Positions 8,056 to 16,041 of a stretch of 39,115 bases of DNA are shown here, piece by piece. The stretch's first letter is position 1, and each line of letters begins with the position of its first letter. Below the pieces are notes generated by a model, which was not told the origin of the DNA, did no database searches, and was given only the letters and a program-made list of their open reading frames with translations. The DNA comes from a virus (taxonomy: Duplodnaviria; Caudoviricetes), in the IMG/VR virus record IMGVR_UViG_3300044515_000043, positions 1 to 39,115 of that record. One strand, 5' to 3'. Position numbers and translations under genes: made by a program.

Positions 8056-9189
8056 CTACAGGGCCCAGCAGCTCCCCCAGATCACGTCGGTCGCGCCTGG
8101 GGGGGTGGCCGTGCCGGCCGCGTTGGTGAAGGTCAGGGTGGCCACCGTGGCCGAATTGGCGGTCATGAACAGCCGCTCGGTGGTGGTGGTCAGATCATGG
8201 GCCTCGCACACCCAGCCGTTGGCGGCGGTGATCCCCGGGGTGATGGTCATGGTGGTGGCGGTGCCGGCCGCGCCCAGGGTCATCTTGATGCCCACCGTCC
8301 CGCTGTGGGCGTTGACGGCGCATGTCGGCGAGCCGGTGGTGGCCGAACAGGTCGGCGTGGCCGAACCGGCGATGGTGACGGTGGAGATCTGCACGGCCGC
8401 CGCCCCGGTGGCGTTGACCGCCGCCATGTTCTGCGTGCCGCTGAAGGTCTGGCCGGTGTCGGTGCGGGCGATGGTCGCGGTGGTGGTCGGCAGGGTGTAG
8501 GTCTGGCCGGTGGTGCCGGTCAGGCTGACGGTGGCGCTGTTGAGCGTCCAGCCGTTCCAGGTGGTGCCGGTGACCACGCCGAAGGCCTGCGTGCCGGTGA
8601 AGGTCTGGCCGGCGTCGGTGCGGGCCAGCGTCGCGGTGGTGGTCGGGAAGGTGTAGGTCTGGGCGTCGGTTCCGGCCAGGGTGATGGAGTTGTTGAACAA
8701 CAATGTCTTGCCGGCCGCGCCGTTCAGGGTCCAGGTGCCGGTGGTCAGAGCGTCGCCGTTGATGCTGGTGGCCGTGGCCGCGCCCAGCGTCGGGGTCACC
8801 AGGGTCGCGCCCGTCACGCGGACGAGGTTACCGGATCCGTTGGTGGCCAGGGTGCAACCGCCGCCGGCGTCGCTGATGTCGGCGCACGCCGGCTGGGCGG
8901 CGGTGGGTACGCCCAGGGTCGAAATGGCGTTGATGAACTGGTGGGTGGTGGCCGCCAGGCTCTCGATGCCGCCCAGCGTCGAGGCCGATGGATTGGCCAG
9001 GGCGATGGTCCCGGTCGCGGTGATCGTGCCGCCGGTCAAGCCGGTCCCGGCGACGACGCTGGTGACGGTGCCGGATCCGCCGCCCCCGGCCGGCGGCGGG
9101 GCCGGGACGATCGGGGCGGCGCACAACGGGCCGGCCACCGCCAGGGCGAGGATGATGCCGGCGGCGAGGGAAAAGCGCGAGGGGGTCAT
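8056..9189 (-). CDS. Thr/Gly/Ala-rich fibre-like protein with a predicted Sec signal peptide (377 aa)
   Basis: MTPSRFSLAAGIILALAVAGPLCA|AP; GSGTVTSV..GTGLTGGTITATGTIAL fibre motif; duplicated QTYTxPTTTATxARTDxGQTFxGTQ; ATGA coupling. Confidence 0.8.
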   Translation of the reverse strand: MTPSRFSLAAGIILALAVAGPLCAAPIVPAPPPAGGGGSGTVTSVVAGTGLTGGTITATGTIALANPSASTLGGIESLAATTHQFINAISTLGVPTAAQPACADISDAGGGCTLATNGSGNLVRVTGATLVTPTLGAATATSINGDALTTGTWTLNGAAGKTLLFNNSITLAGTDAQTYTFPTTTATLARTDAGQTFTGTQAFGVVTGTTWNGWTLNSATVSLTGTTGQTYTLPTTTATIARTDTGQTFSGTQNMAAVNATGAAAVQISTVTIAGSATPTCSATTGSPTCAVNAHSGTVGIKMTLGAAGTATTMTITPGITAANGWVCEAHDLTTTTERLFMTANSATVATLTFTNAAGTATPPGATDVIWGSCWAL

Positions 9190-9827
9190 GGCAGGTTCCA
9201 GATGCTCCCGGTCCCGGTCCAGACGGTGACGTTGCCGACGTGGAAGGGGATGACCTGAAAGCCGACCGGGATGGCGAAGGTCATGCTCGAGCTGTCGCCG
9301 GCCAGGGTCACGGTCAGATTGCCGGCCACGGTGCAGTTGATGCCCAGCGCCCGGCCCGGCGCGGCGATCGGCGTGGCCACCACCACCGCCGTGCTCTGGC
9401 CGTAGCTGGCGTCCTGGGCGTCCGAGCCCATGGCGGCGTCGGCAGCTTCGACGATGCTGACCACGTCGCCGGTGTTGAGGTTGACCACCAGCGGCCCGTG
9501 CATCGGCTCCAGCCGGGCGCCGTTGGACTGGGTGGCGCTGGAGCCCGGCCCCCAGGTGACCACGGCGGCCCCCTGGGTGACGCTGATCCGCGCCTGGCAG
9601 GTCACCCCGCCGCAGCTGGGCGCGGCGCTGGTGGTGGCCGGGGTCGAGCCGATGGCGGTGATGGTCTGCGCGGCGTAGACGTGGCCGGCCCGCTGGAACT
9701 CGACGTGGACGCTGGTGGCGGCGCGGACGGCCGGCGGGAACAGGATCAGCGCCGCCAGGCCCAGCACCAGCAGGGCATAGGCGCCCCCGATCCACAGGCT
9801 GAACTTGACCTGGCGCATGCGGCTCAT
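9186..9827 (-). CDS. Signal-peptide protein with a C-terminal RcGTA Rcc01079-like head-spike base domain (213 aa)
   Basis: Basic n-region, long h-region and AVRA|A cleavage site; PGRALGINCTVAGNLTVTLAGDSSSMTFAIPVGFQVIPFHV resembles the spike-base family. Confidence 0.7.
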   Translation of the reverse strand: MSRMRQVKFSLWIGGAYALLVLGLAALILFPPAVRAATSVHVEFQRAGHVYAAQTITAIGSTPATTSAAPSCGGVTCQARISVTQGAAVVTWGPGSSATQSNGARLEPMHGPLVVNLNTGDVVSIVEAADAAMGSDAQDASYGQSTAVVVATPIAAPGRALGINCTVAGNLTVTLAGDSSSMTFAIPVGFQVIPFHVGNVTVWTGTGSIWNLP

Positions 9828-9878
9828 CCCCTTGTTGGCGAGGATGAAACTAGGGGGGCCGGCGGAGGTGCAACGCGC

Positions 9879-10292
9879 TCAGTGGTGGGGCTGGCCAAGG
9901 CCCAGGAAGGCCGCGCCGGAGATGACGATGGCCAGCAGCCACGGCGCATGGTCGGCCAGCCATTTGAGGATGCCGGCCCTGGCGCCGCTTTGGTCGCGAG
10001 CCTGCTCCAGCTTGTCGATGCGCAGGTCGTGGTCGGCCAGCCCGGCCTGGAACTCGCCGCGGGCCTTGGTGATGGCGTTGACCATGTCCGAGCGGATCTC
10101 GGTGCTAGTGGCCTTGATCTCGGCGTGCAGCGCCTCGATGCGCACCCCGACATTCTGCTCGAGCATGGTGGCCTTGATGGCGATCATGCCGTCGCGCGCC
10201 TCGCGGGCGTCGGTGGCCACCGCCTTGACGATCTCGGTCAGGGCGTGGACCCCGACCAGCACTTCGCGCGAGGTCGGGGCGTGCTCGGCCAT
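9879..10292 (-). CDS. Coiled-coil protein with C-terminal transmembrane helix (137 aa; holin/lysis-accessory-like)
   Basis: TGATG coupling at 10292; heptad-like RIEALHAEIK...RIDKLEQ; WLLAIVISGAAFLGLG. Confidence 0.75.
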   Translation of the reverse strand: MAEHAPTSREVLVGVHALTEIVKAVATDAREARDGMIAIKATMLEQNVGVRIEALHAEIKATSTEIRSDMVNAITKARGEFQAGLADHDLRIDKLEQARDQSGARAGILKWLADHAPWLLAIVISGAAFLGLGQPHH

Positions 10293-12964
10293 CAGTGCGC
10301 CCCGCCCATGGCCGCCGCGAAGTCCGGCCCGCGCTGGGGCGTGGTCTGGCCGGCCGGCCACCAGGCCCCGGATCCGCGCTCGCGTTGCATGGCGGCCGCC
10401 TGGCGCTGGAAAGCGGCGTCGGCGTCGGGGTCGGTGGCCCGGCGCAGGTTGTCGACGATCATGCGGTCGAAGGCCAGGCGCGCCCACCACAGGCTGGCGC
10501 CGGGCGTATAGGCGGCGACGTCGTGGGCCAGGCGCGCCGGCTCGTGCTCGCGGGCGTTCGGGTGCTGGCCATGCTGCAGGTGGTCGGCGAGCTCGCCGAC
10601 GGTCATGTCCCAGGCGTCGCTGACCAGTTGGCCGGTGGGCCCGGCGCCGGCGATCGGCGCGCTCTTATCGTTGCGGGCGTGGGCGCTGTAGAAGAAATCG
10701 CCCAGCAGACCCAGGCCGCCGCCCTGCGCCGCCGCCGCGCCCCAGAATTGTGGGGTGTTCATCGGCAGGGGGTCGAGACCACGGGCCAGCTGCTTCAGCT
10801 GCACGGTGACCGCGCCACTCAAGGTCAGGCAGCCCATCATCCCGGCCGCCCATGTTCCCATCCACGCCGCACCGCCCAGCTGGTTGCCGCCGGCCTTCTG
10901 CAAGCCCCTCAGGAACAGCTCTTCGCCATACTGATATTGCGCGTTGACCAGGAAGGTCTTGAACATCGTAAAGCTGCGCCTGGCTTCGCCCATCATAGTG
11001 CCGGGCGCGTCTGCTCCCAGTAGAGCCGCCCTCGTCCACAGCGATGAACTGACCGGCACCGCATATTGCTCACCGTTCAACACCATCTCGCCGACGCGCA
11101 GGCCCAGATCCTGGGTGGCGCTGGCGGCGATGTCCTGCGGGCGCAGGAAATTCACCCCCGGCCGTGGCTGCCACACCGGCGTGGCGCGGATCGCATCCCA
11201 GTCGGCCGGGGTGAAGGCGCGGGCATTCAACTCCTGGGCCAGGGCGCGGTCCTGGGGCGCGCCGGCGGCCAGCTCGGGCAGGGACTTGTCGATGGCGTCG
11301 GCCAGGGCGCCCATGAAGCTCAGGCGGAAACTGCGCTTCCTGGCCTCGAACGACCCGCTGAGCCCCTCCATCCGCATCACCGCCGCCGGCAGCTTGCGGG
11401 CGAAGACGTTCATGCCGCTGACGGCCTTTTCGCCCGAGGTCAGGTTGCGCAGGCTGTCCTGCGAGGCGGACACCAGGCCGTCGCGGGCGGTCTCATTGAT
11501 GAAGCCCATGCGCCTGGCGTCGGCGCGCACGCCGGGGTCGAGGAGGAGCTGGCCCAGCTGGGCCATGTCGCCCTGCAGCTTGATGCCCATGAACGACCGC
11601 GCCATGGCCCCGAACATCGGGGCGCTGGGCATGTCGGTGAGGATCGCCCCGCCCAGATCCGCGCCGTTGAGGTAGCTCCGCACCGTGGCCCCGGTCCTGG
11701 CCAGCTTCTCGTTGACCGGCATGGCGCTCTTGCCGGTGAAGGCGTCGTACATGTTGGTGGCGATCTTGATCGCGCTGCGGGCCGCGTCGGGCGCGCCCTT
11801 GGCCCCGTTCAAGTGCTCGATGGCCGCCTCGCGCTGCGCAAAGCGCACCAGCCAGTCGAACTGGTGATCGGGATTGGGCCCGAGGATCTGCATGCGGCCG
11901 ATGTCACTGGCCATGTCGTCGAGGTGGCTGACCATGGCGTTGTACGGGTCGCCCAGACCGAATTCTTTCTGGTAGGCGAACCAGTTGTCGGCGTCCTTGA
12001 ACACCAGAAACCGCTCTTCGCCGCGCTGGTTGGCGAGCATGCCGGCCCCGGTGCGCTCGCCGGGCGGCCGGTCGATCAGCCCGTGGGTGACGATGCGGTC
12101 GAAGATGTCGCCGAGCTTGGCGGCCAGGCGCTTCTGGGTGAACGGCGCGCCGGTCAGGCGGTCGACCATCTTGCCGGCGTCCAGGCGCGGGAGCGTCTTG
12201 GCCACCCACGCCGCCTTGCCCTGGCGGTAGATGGCGGCGGCGTCATGCACCGTGGGCATGCCCCAGCGGTCGATCTTGCCGATCGAGCCGCCGGCGGCGT
12301 TGAACATCTGCCGGCTGAGCTCGGCGGTCTCGCCCCAGGCGGTCGCCAGCTCGTGGGCGGCGGGATCGCCTGTCTTCTCGCCAAAGGCCTCTCGCACCAG
12401 GTTCTGGCTGCGCGCCCGGTTCGGGCTATCGAAGCCGAAATGGCTCTGGAAGGTCTCCATCACCTTGGCCATCTTGGCGTCGAACAGGCCGCGCACCGCC
12501 AGGGTGCGCCCCTCCACGGATCCTTTCAGGGGCGCGCCGCTGAGACCGCCCTTGTTGCGCATCAGCTTGGGCAGGGCCTTGGCCGCCTGGGCGCCGTTCT
12601 TGAACGGGCCGTCTTTCGGCGGCGCGCCGCCCTGCACCCAGCCGCCCTTGGGAGGCTGGCCGCCCTTGCCGCCCAGGGCCTCCACGCCGGTGTAGCCGCG
12701 CCGCTCTTTCAGGCCGGCGATGCCCTCCAGGATGTCGCGCCGCACGCGGATGCTGAGGGCCTGCTGGCGCAGCTTGTCGATCTTGGCCCGTTCCAGGGCG
12801 TCCACCAGGGTCTTGCCGGCAAAGCGGTCGGCCTCGCCAGGGCTCATCGATGCGCCGGCGGCCGCCACGGCGTCGCCGTACATTTCCTTGAGCTCGTGGC
12901 CGGTCTCGGCGTCGATCGCGCCCTGGGCCACGCCGTCGGCGATGCACTCCCCGAAGGTGGCCAT
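10292..12964 (-). CDS. Large internal virion (ejection) protein, 890 aa
   Basis: Large helical Ala/Gly-rich protein; FTMFKTF and QGGGLGLLGDFFY motifs; position typical of BPP-1/epsilon15-like DNA-injection proteins. Confidence 0.8.
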   Translation of the reverse strand: MATFGECIADGVAQGAIDAETGHELKEMYGDAVAAAGASMSPGEADRFAGKTLVDALERAKIDKLRQQALSIRVRRDILEGIAGLKERRGYTGVEALGGKGGQPPKGGWVQGGAPPKDGPFKNGAQAAKALPKLMRNKGGLSGAPLKGSVEGRTLAVRGLFDAKMAKVMETFQSHFGFDSPNRARSQNLVREAFGEKTGDPAAHELATAWGETAELSRQMFNAAGGSIGKIDRWGMPTVHDAAAIYRQGKAAWVAKTLPRLDAGKMVDRLTGAPFTQKRLAAKLGDIFDRIVTHGLIDRPPGERTGAGMLANQRGEERFLVFKDADNWFAYQKEFGLGDPYNAMVSHLDDMASDIGRMQILGPNPDHQFDWLVRFAQREAAIEHLNGAKGAPDAARSAIKIATNMYDAFTGKSAMPVNEKLARTGATVRSYLNGADLGGAILTDMPSAPMFGAMARSFMGIKLQGDMAQLGQLLLDPGVRADARRMGFINETARDGLVSASQDSLRNLTSGEKAVSGMNVFARKLPAAVMRMEGLSGSFEARKRSFRLSFMGALADAIDKSLPELAAGAPQDRALAQELNARAFTPADWDAIRATPVWQPRPGVNFLRPQDIAASATQDLGLRVGEMVLNGEQYAVPVSSSLWTRAALLGADAPGTMMGEARRSFTMFKTFLVNAQYQYGEELFLRGLQKAGGNQLGGAAWMGTWAAGMMGCLTLSGAVTVQLKQLARGLDPLPMNTPQFWGAAAAQGGGLGLLGDFFYSAHARNDKSAPIAGAGPTGQLVSDAWDMTVGELADHLQHGQHPNAREHEPARLAHDVAAYTPGASLWWARLAFDRMIVDNLRRATDPDADAAFQRQAAAMQRERGSGAWWPAGQTTPQRGPDFAAAMGGAH

Positions 12965-12965
12965 G

Positions 12966-13226
12966 TCAGAGAACGATGCTGGCCGCGCTGCGGGTGACGG
13001 CCTTCGCAACGATGACGTCGGTTTCCGTCACCGCCTCGATCACCAGGTGGCCCGTCGCCAGGACGCGCAAGCGGTCGAGGAAGCTCAGGTGCACATGGGT
13101 GACGGTCACCATCCACAGGTCGCTTTCCGGCCGCTGGACGTAGGGATGGTGAAAGCCCAGCCAGCGGCCGATGCGCTCGCGGAGCGGCGCCCGGTATTCC
13201 ATGCAGTAGCCTTCGGTCGCGGTCAT
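12966..13226 (-). CDS. Hypothetical protein (86 aa), third gene of the Tad2-like cassette
   Basis: ATGA coupling and GGAG RBS; VTHVHLSFLDRLRVLATG. Confidence 0.7.
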   Translation of the reverse strand: MTATEGYCMEYRAPLRERIGRWLGFHHPYVQRPESDLWMVTVTHVHLSFLDRLRVLATGHLVIEAVTETDVIVAKAVTRSAASIVL

Positions 13227-13417
13227 GTGACGATCTCCCAATCTTCGGCCAAAATGTCATCCTGGTCGGGGACCCAGCGGCGGAAGCTGCGCGGCGTGTC
13301 GTGGACGCGGATCACCAGCGCCCCGCCGGCGGCGGCCAGCTCGAGCCAGTCGGCCCAGCCGTACCGCCGCGCCTTCTTGCCCCCGCGCAGGGCTTTCAGG
13401 ATCTTGCTGAAGTCCAT
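13223..13417 (-). CDS. Tad2-like / DUF2829 protein, copy B (64 aa)
   Basis: MDFSKILKALRGGKKARRYGW...WVPDQDDILAEDWEIV matches the DUF2829 signature. Confidence 0.85.
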   Translation of the reverse strand: MDFSKILKALRGGKKARRYGWADWLELAAAGGALVIRVHDTPRSFRRWVPDQDDILAEDWEIVT

Positions 13418-13674
13418 CAGGCTTCGGTCAAGGTGGTGGAGAGTTCGCCCACCACCTCCCAGTCCTCGGCCAGAAGATCGTCGGACAAGGCCCCATAGGG
13501 AGCCATGTGCCGCCGCTCGGTGCACAGGTAGACGGCCGGGTAATATTGAAGACCGCTCTCCGTGGCCGCCCGGTCGGCGACATGCACGATCTCCAGGTGC
13601 GAGCACATCATATACTTCCGGGTGACCCGGCCGCCGGCCTTGACGATCTTCAACGCCTCATCGAAACCCATCAT
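13417..13674 (-). CDS. Tad2-like / DUF2829 protein, copy A (85 aa, divergent)
   Basis: MGFDEALKIVKAGGRVTR...PYGALSDDLLAEDWEVV. Confidence 0.8.
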   Translation of the reverse strand: MMGFDEALKIVKAGGRVTRKYMMCSHLEIVHVADRAATESGLQYYPAVYLCTERRHMAPYGALSDDLLAEDWEVVGELSTTLTEA

Positions 13675-16040
13675 CCATCCCCAGGCGCGCAGGCTTTCAG
13701 GTGGTCGAGCGCCGCGCTTTCGCGCTCGGCCCCTGGAATGTCGTCGAAAAGGCTGGGGTGGAACGCGCTGGCGTCGGGCTCGCCGGTTCCCGAAGTTCCC
13801 GGAGTTCCCAGCGGTTCCCGGGTTCCCGGTGGTTCCCGAACGTCTTCGGGCTTTTCGGCGAGCTGCTCGCGCATGCCTTTGCCGCCGACCTCGCTGAATT
13901 CGGCCGCCGCCTTCTCGGCCGGGGCGGTGGGCGCGGCGGGGTTGAGGGTTCCGGCCCTGGCCTCATCGATGCGCTCGCCGTTGGCGATCGCCGCCTTGAC
14001 CCGGGCCAGGATGCCCTTGCCGACGTCGCCGGGTTTCTCGCCGGCGGCGATGCGCCTGGCCGCCTCGTTCATGGCGTCGCCCAGCTCGCCCGATCGCATG
14101 CCGAGCTTGGCGATGCTTTCCAGGGCGGTGTTGGTCACCGCCAGGCTGGCCTCGTTGGCGTCGCGGGCCAGGGTGTTGCCGCCGGCCTCGATGGCGTCGG
14201 CGTGGCGCACCAGCTGGCCATATAGGCGCGTATCGCCGCGCAGGGATTTCAGCAACCAGGCGCGCAGCTTCGCCCGGCCGATGGCCACACTCTGGGCCGG
14301 GCTGTCGCCGAACAGGTCGCTCTGCGCCCCCTGGCCTTTGATCCATTCGTCCAGCAGGCCCTCCTGGATCAGGGCGTGGGCCTCGTCCTGGTTGGCCGGC
14401 TCGCCGGCGTGCAGCAGTTTGACCAGGCCTGAGTGCAGGTCCGGCCGGTCGCCGGCCAACTCGCCGATCAGCGCCCCCTGGCGCTCGGGAATGACCTTGT
14501 TGATCACCGCCCCGAAGGCGTCGGGGTTGAGGCGCGCGAGGCCCTTGGCCTGGCGGATGAAGTCGCCGCTGACCGGCAGGCTATCGTCGATGATCGCGCC
14601 GGGCGCCTCGCGCAGCACCTTGGCGGCGTCCAGCGGGTTGCCCTGGCCTTCGCGGATGTTCTTCAGGGCGGCGATGACCCGCACGTCCTGCGGGCTCCAG
14701 CCATCCGTCGCGCGGAACAGGTAGCCGTCCAGGCGCGGCTCGAAACCGGCCGCCTCGAGGCGAGTGGCCAGACCCAGGCGCTGGTGGCCATCGGCGATGG
14801 TCAGGGCGCCGTCCTCGCCCTCATAGGCGATGATCTTGCCGCTTGAGGTCGGGTCCCAGGCCTGCACGCCTTTCAGCCGGTCGGTGACCCCGGCCGCGTC
14901 TCCCCCCGATTTATATTGGAAGGTGGCCGGATCGGTGGCCAGCTTGGCCGGATCGAAGGTGCCGCCATAGATCGCCCGGCCGCGATATTCGCTGCGCTCA
15001 TAGAGCGCCGCCCCCTCCGGACCGGAAAACTGGCCGGCGAGATCCCGCGCCGGGCCCGGCGCCGGCGTCACCTCGCCGAACAGGTCGCCGAGATCCCGTG
15101 ACGGCTCGATGGCCGGCGGCGGCGCGCCGGCGTCGAGGCTGGCCTGGCCGGCCTCGAAATCCGCGCCGCCGCGCAGCGGCCCGATGGCTTGGCTGTCGAG
15201 CCCGGCCCCGTCGAGCACGTTGAGCGCACCCCGCTCGGCGTCGCCCTCGGGGCCGCGCAGATACTCGCCCGCCCGGCCGATCAGCGCCCCCAGCGGGCCT
15301 TTCAGCAGGCCATGCAGCAGGGTGAAGCCGGCCCCGGCGGCCGCGCCGCCGGCGATGTCCCCCAGGGCCTCGGTGACGCCATAGGCCGGGCCGCCGACCT
15401 CTCCCGCTTCCAAGGCCTTGAACGGGGCCTCGCCGGCCATCAGGCCAGACCACATGCCGCCTTGCATCAGCACGCGCATGGCCAGGGGCGCGGCCTCGCC
15501 GACGCCGGTGACGCCGAGGGCCAGGTTGAGCGGATCGCCGAAACTGGCCGCCGCGCCGCCCAGGAAGCTGCCCACCGGGTGCTGCTGGCCGCCGGCGGCG
15601 GCGCGCGAGGCGAAGCCCTGCAGCTCCTGATCGACCTGGGCGCGCAGCTGCGTCGCGGTCTGCACCCCGGCCATCTGGCTGGGGTATTTCAGGCGCAGGG
15701 CGTCGACCTTGGCTTCATAGGCGGCTTCGACGTCGGGGCTGCCGCCCAGCATGTGCCAGTAATCGGGCGCACTCTGCGGGTCGCCGGCCATCGGCAGCAT
15801 GTCGCTCGGCTGGGCCACCCGCTCGCCGGTGCGCCTGGCGATGTCGTTGTCGCGCTGCAGGTAGGCGGTGGACAGATAGTTTTCCCGCGCGCCCATGGTC
15901 TGGTTGGCCAGGCCGTTTTCCAGGCTGGCCTTGGCGCTGTCCCAGAATGGGATCGGCGCATCCTGGCGGCCGGGCGTGTAGTTGCTCTCGAACTCGGCGT
16001 CCGATTGCGGAATGCTCGTGGCGAAGCCGCCGCCATCCAT
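13671..16040 (-). CDS. Internal virion protein with a ParB/Srx-like domain (789 aa)
   Basis: Hydrophobic Gly/Ala ejection-type N-half; FQYK..GVTDRL..WDP..TIADGHQRLGLA ParB-like motif. Confidence 0.75.
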   Translation of the reverse strand: MDGGGFATSIPQSDAEFESNYTPGRQDAPIPFWDSAKASLENGLANQTMGARENYLSTAYLQRDNDIARRTGERVAQPSDMLPMAGDPQSAPDYWHMLGGSPDVEAAYEAKVDALRLKYPSQMAGVQTATQLRAQVDQELQGFASRAAAGGQQHPVGSFLGGAAASFGDPLNLALGVTGVGEAAPLAMRVLMQGGMWSGLMAGEAPFKALEAGEVGGPAYGVTEALGDIAGGAAAGAGFTLLHGLLKGPLGALIGRAGEYLRGPEGDAERGALNVLDGAGLDSQAIGPLRGGADFEAGQASLDAGAPPPAIEPSRDLGDLFGEVTPAPGPARDLAGQFSGPEGAALYERSEYRGRAIYGGTFDPAKLATDPATFQYKSGGDAAGVTDRLKGVQAWDPTSSGKIIAYEGEDGALTIADGHQRLGLATRLEAAGFEPRLDGYLFRATDGWSPQDVRVIAALKNIREGQGNPLDAAKVLREAPGAIIDDSLPVSGDFIRQAKGLARLNPDAFGAVINKVIPERQGALIGELAGDRPDLHSGLVKLLHAGEPANQDEAHALIQEGLLDEWIKGQGAQSDLFGDSPAQSVAIGRAKLRAWLLKSLRGDTRLYGQLVRHADAIEAGGNTLARDANEASLAVTNTALESIAKLGMRSGELGDAMNEAARRIAAGEKPGDVGKGILARVKAAIANGERIDEARAGTLNPAAPTAPAEKAAAEFSEVGGKGMREQLAEKPEDVREPPGTREPLGTPGTSGTGEPDASAFHPSLFDDIPGAERESAALDHLKACAPGDG

Positions 16041-16041
16041 C

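Noticed and set aside
5418-8129. Long antisense or alternate-frame ORFs (e.g. 5418..8129+, 11066..12997+, 25723..27717+, 1940..3265-, 5245..7329-)
   Set aside because: Shadow ORFs of high-GC3 genes; no motifs or RBS, and they overlap well-supported genes
9100-9189. Lipoprotein (o-spanin) signal in the 377-aa protein
   Set aside because: GPLC does not fit the lipobox, and the protein is fibre-like and too long for a spanin
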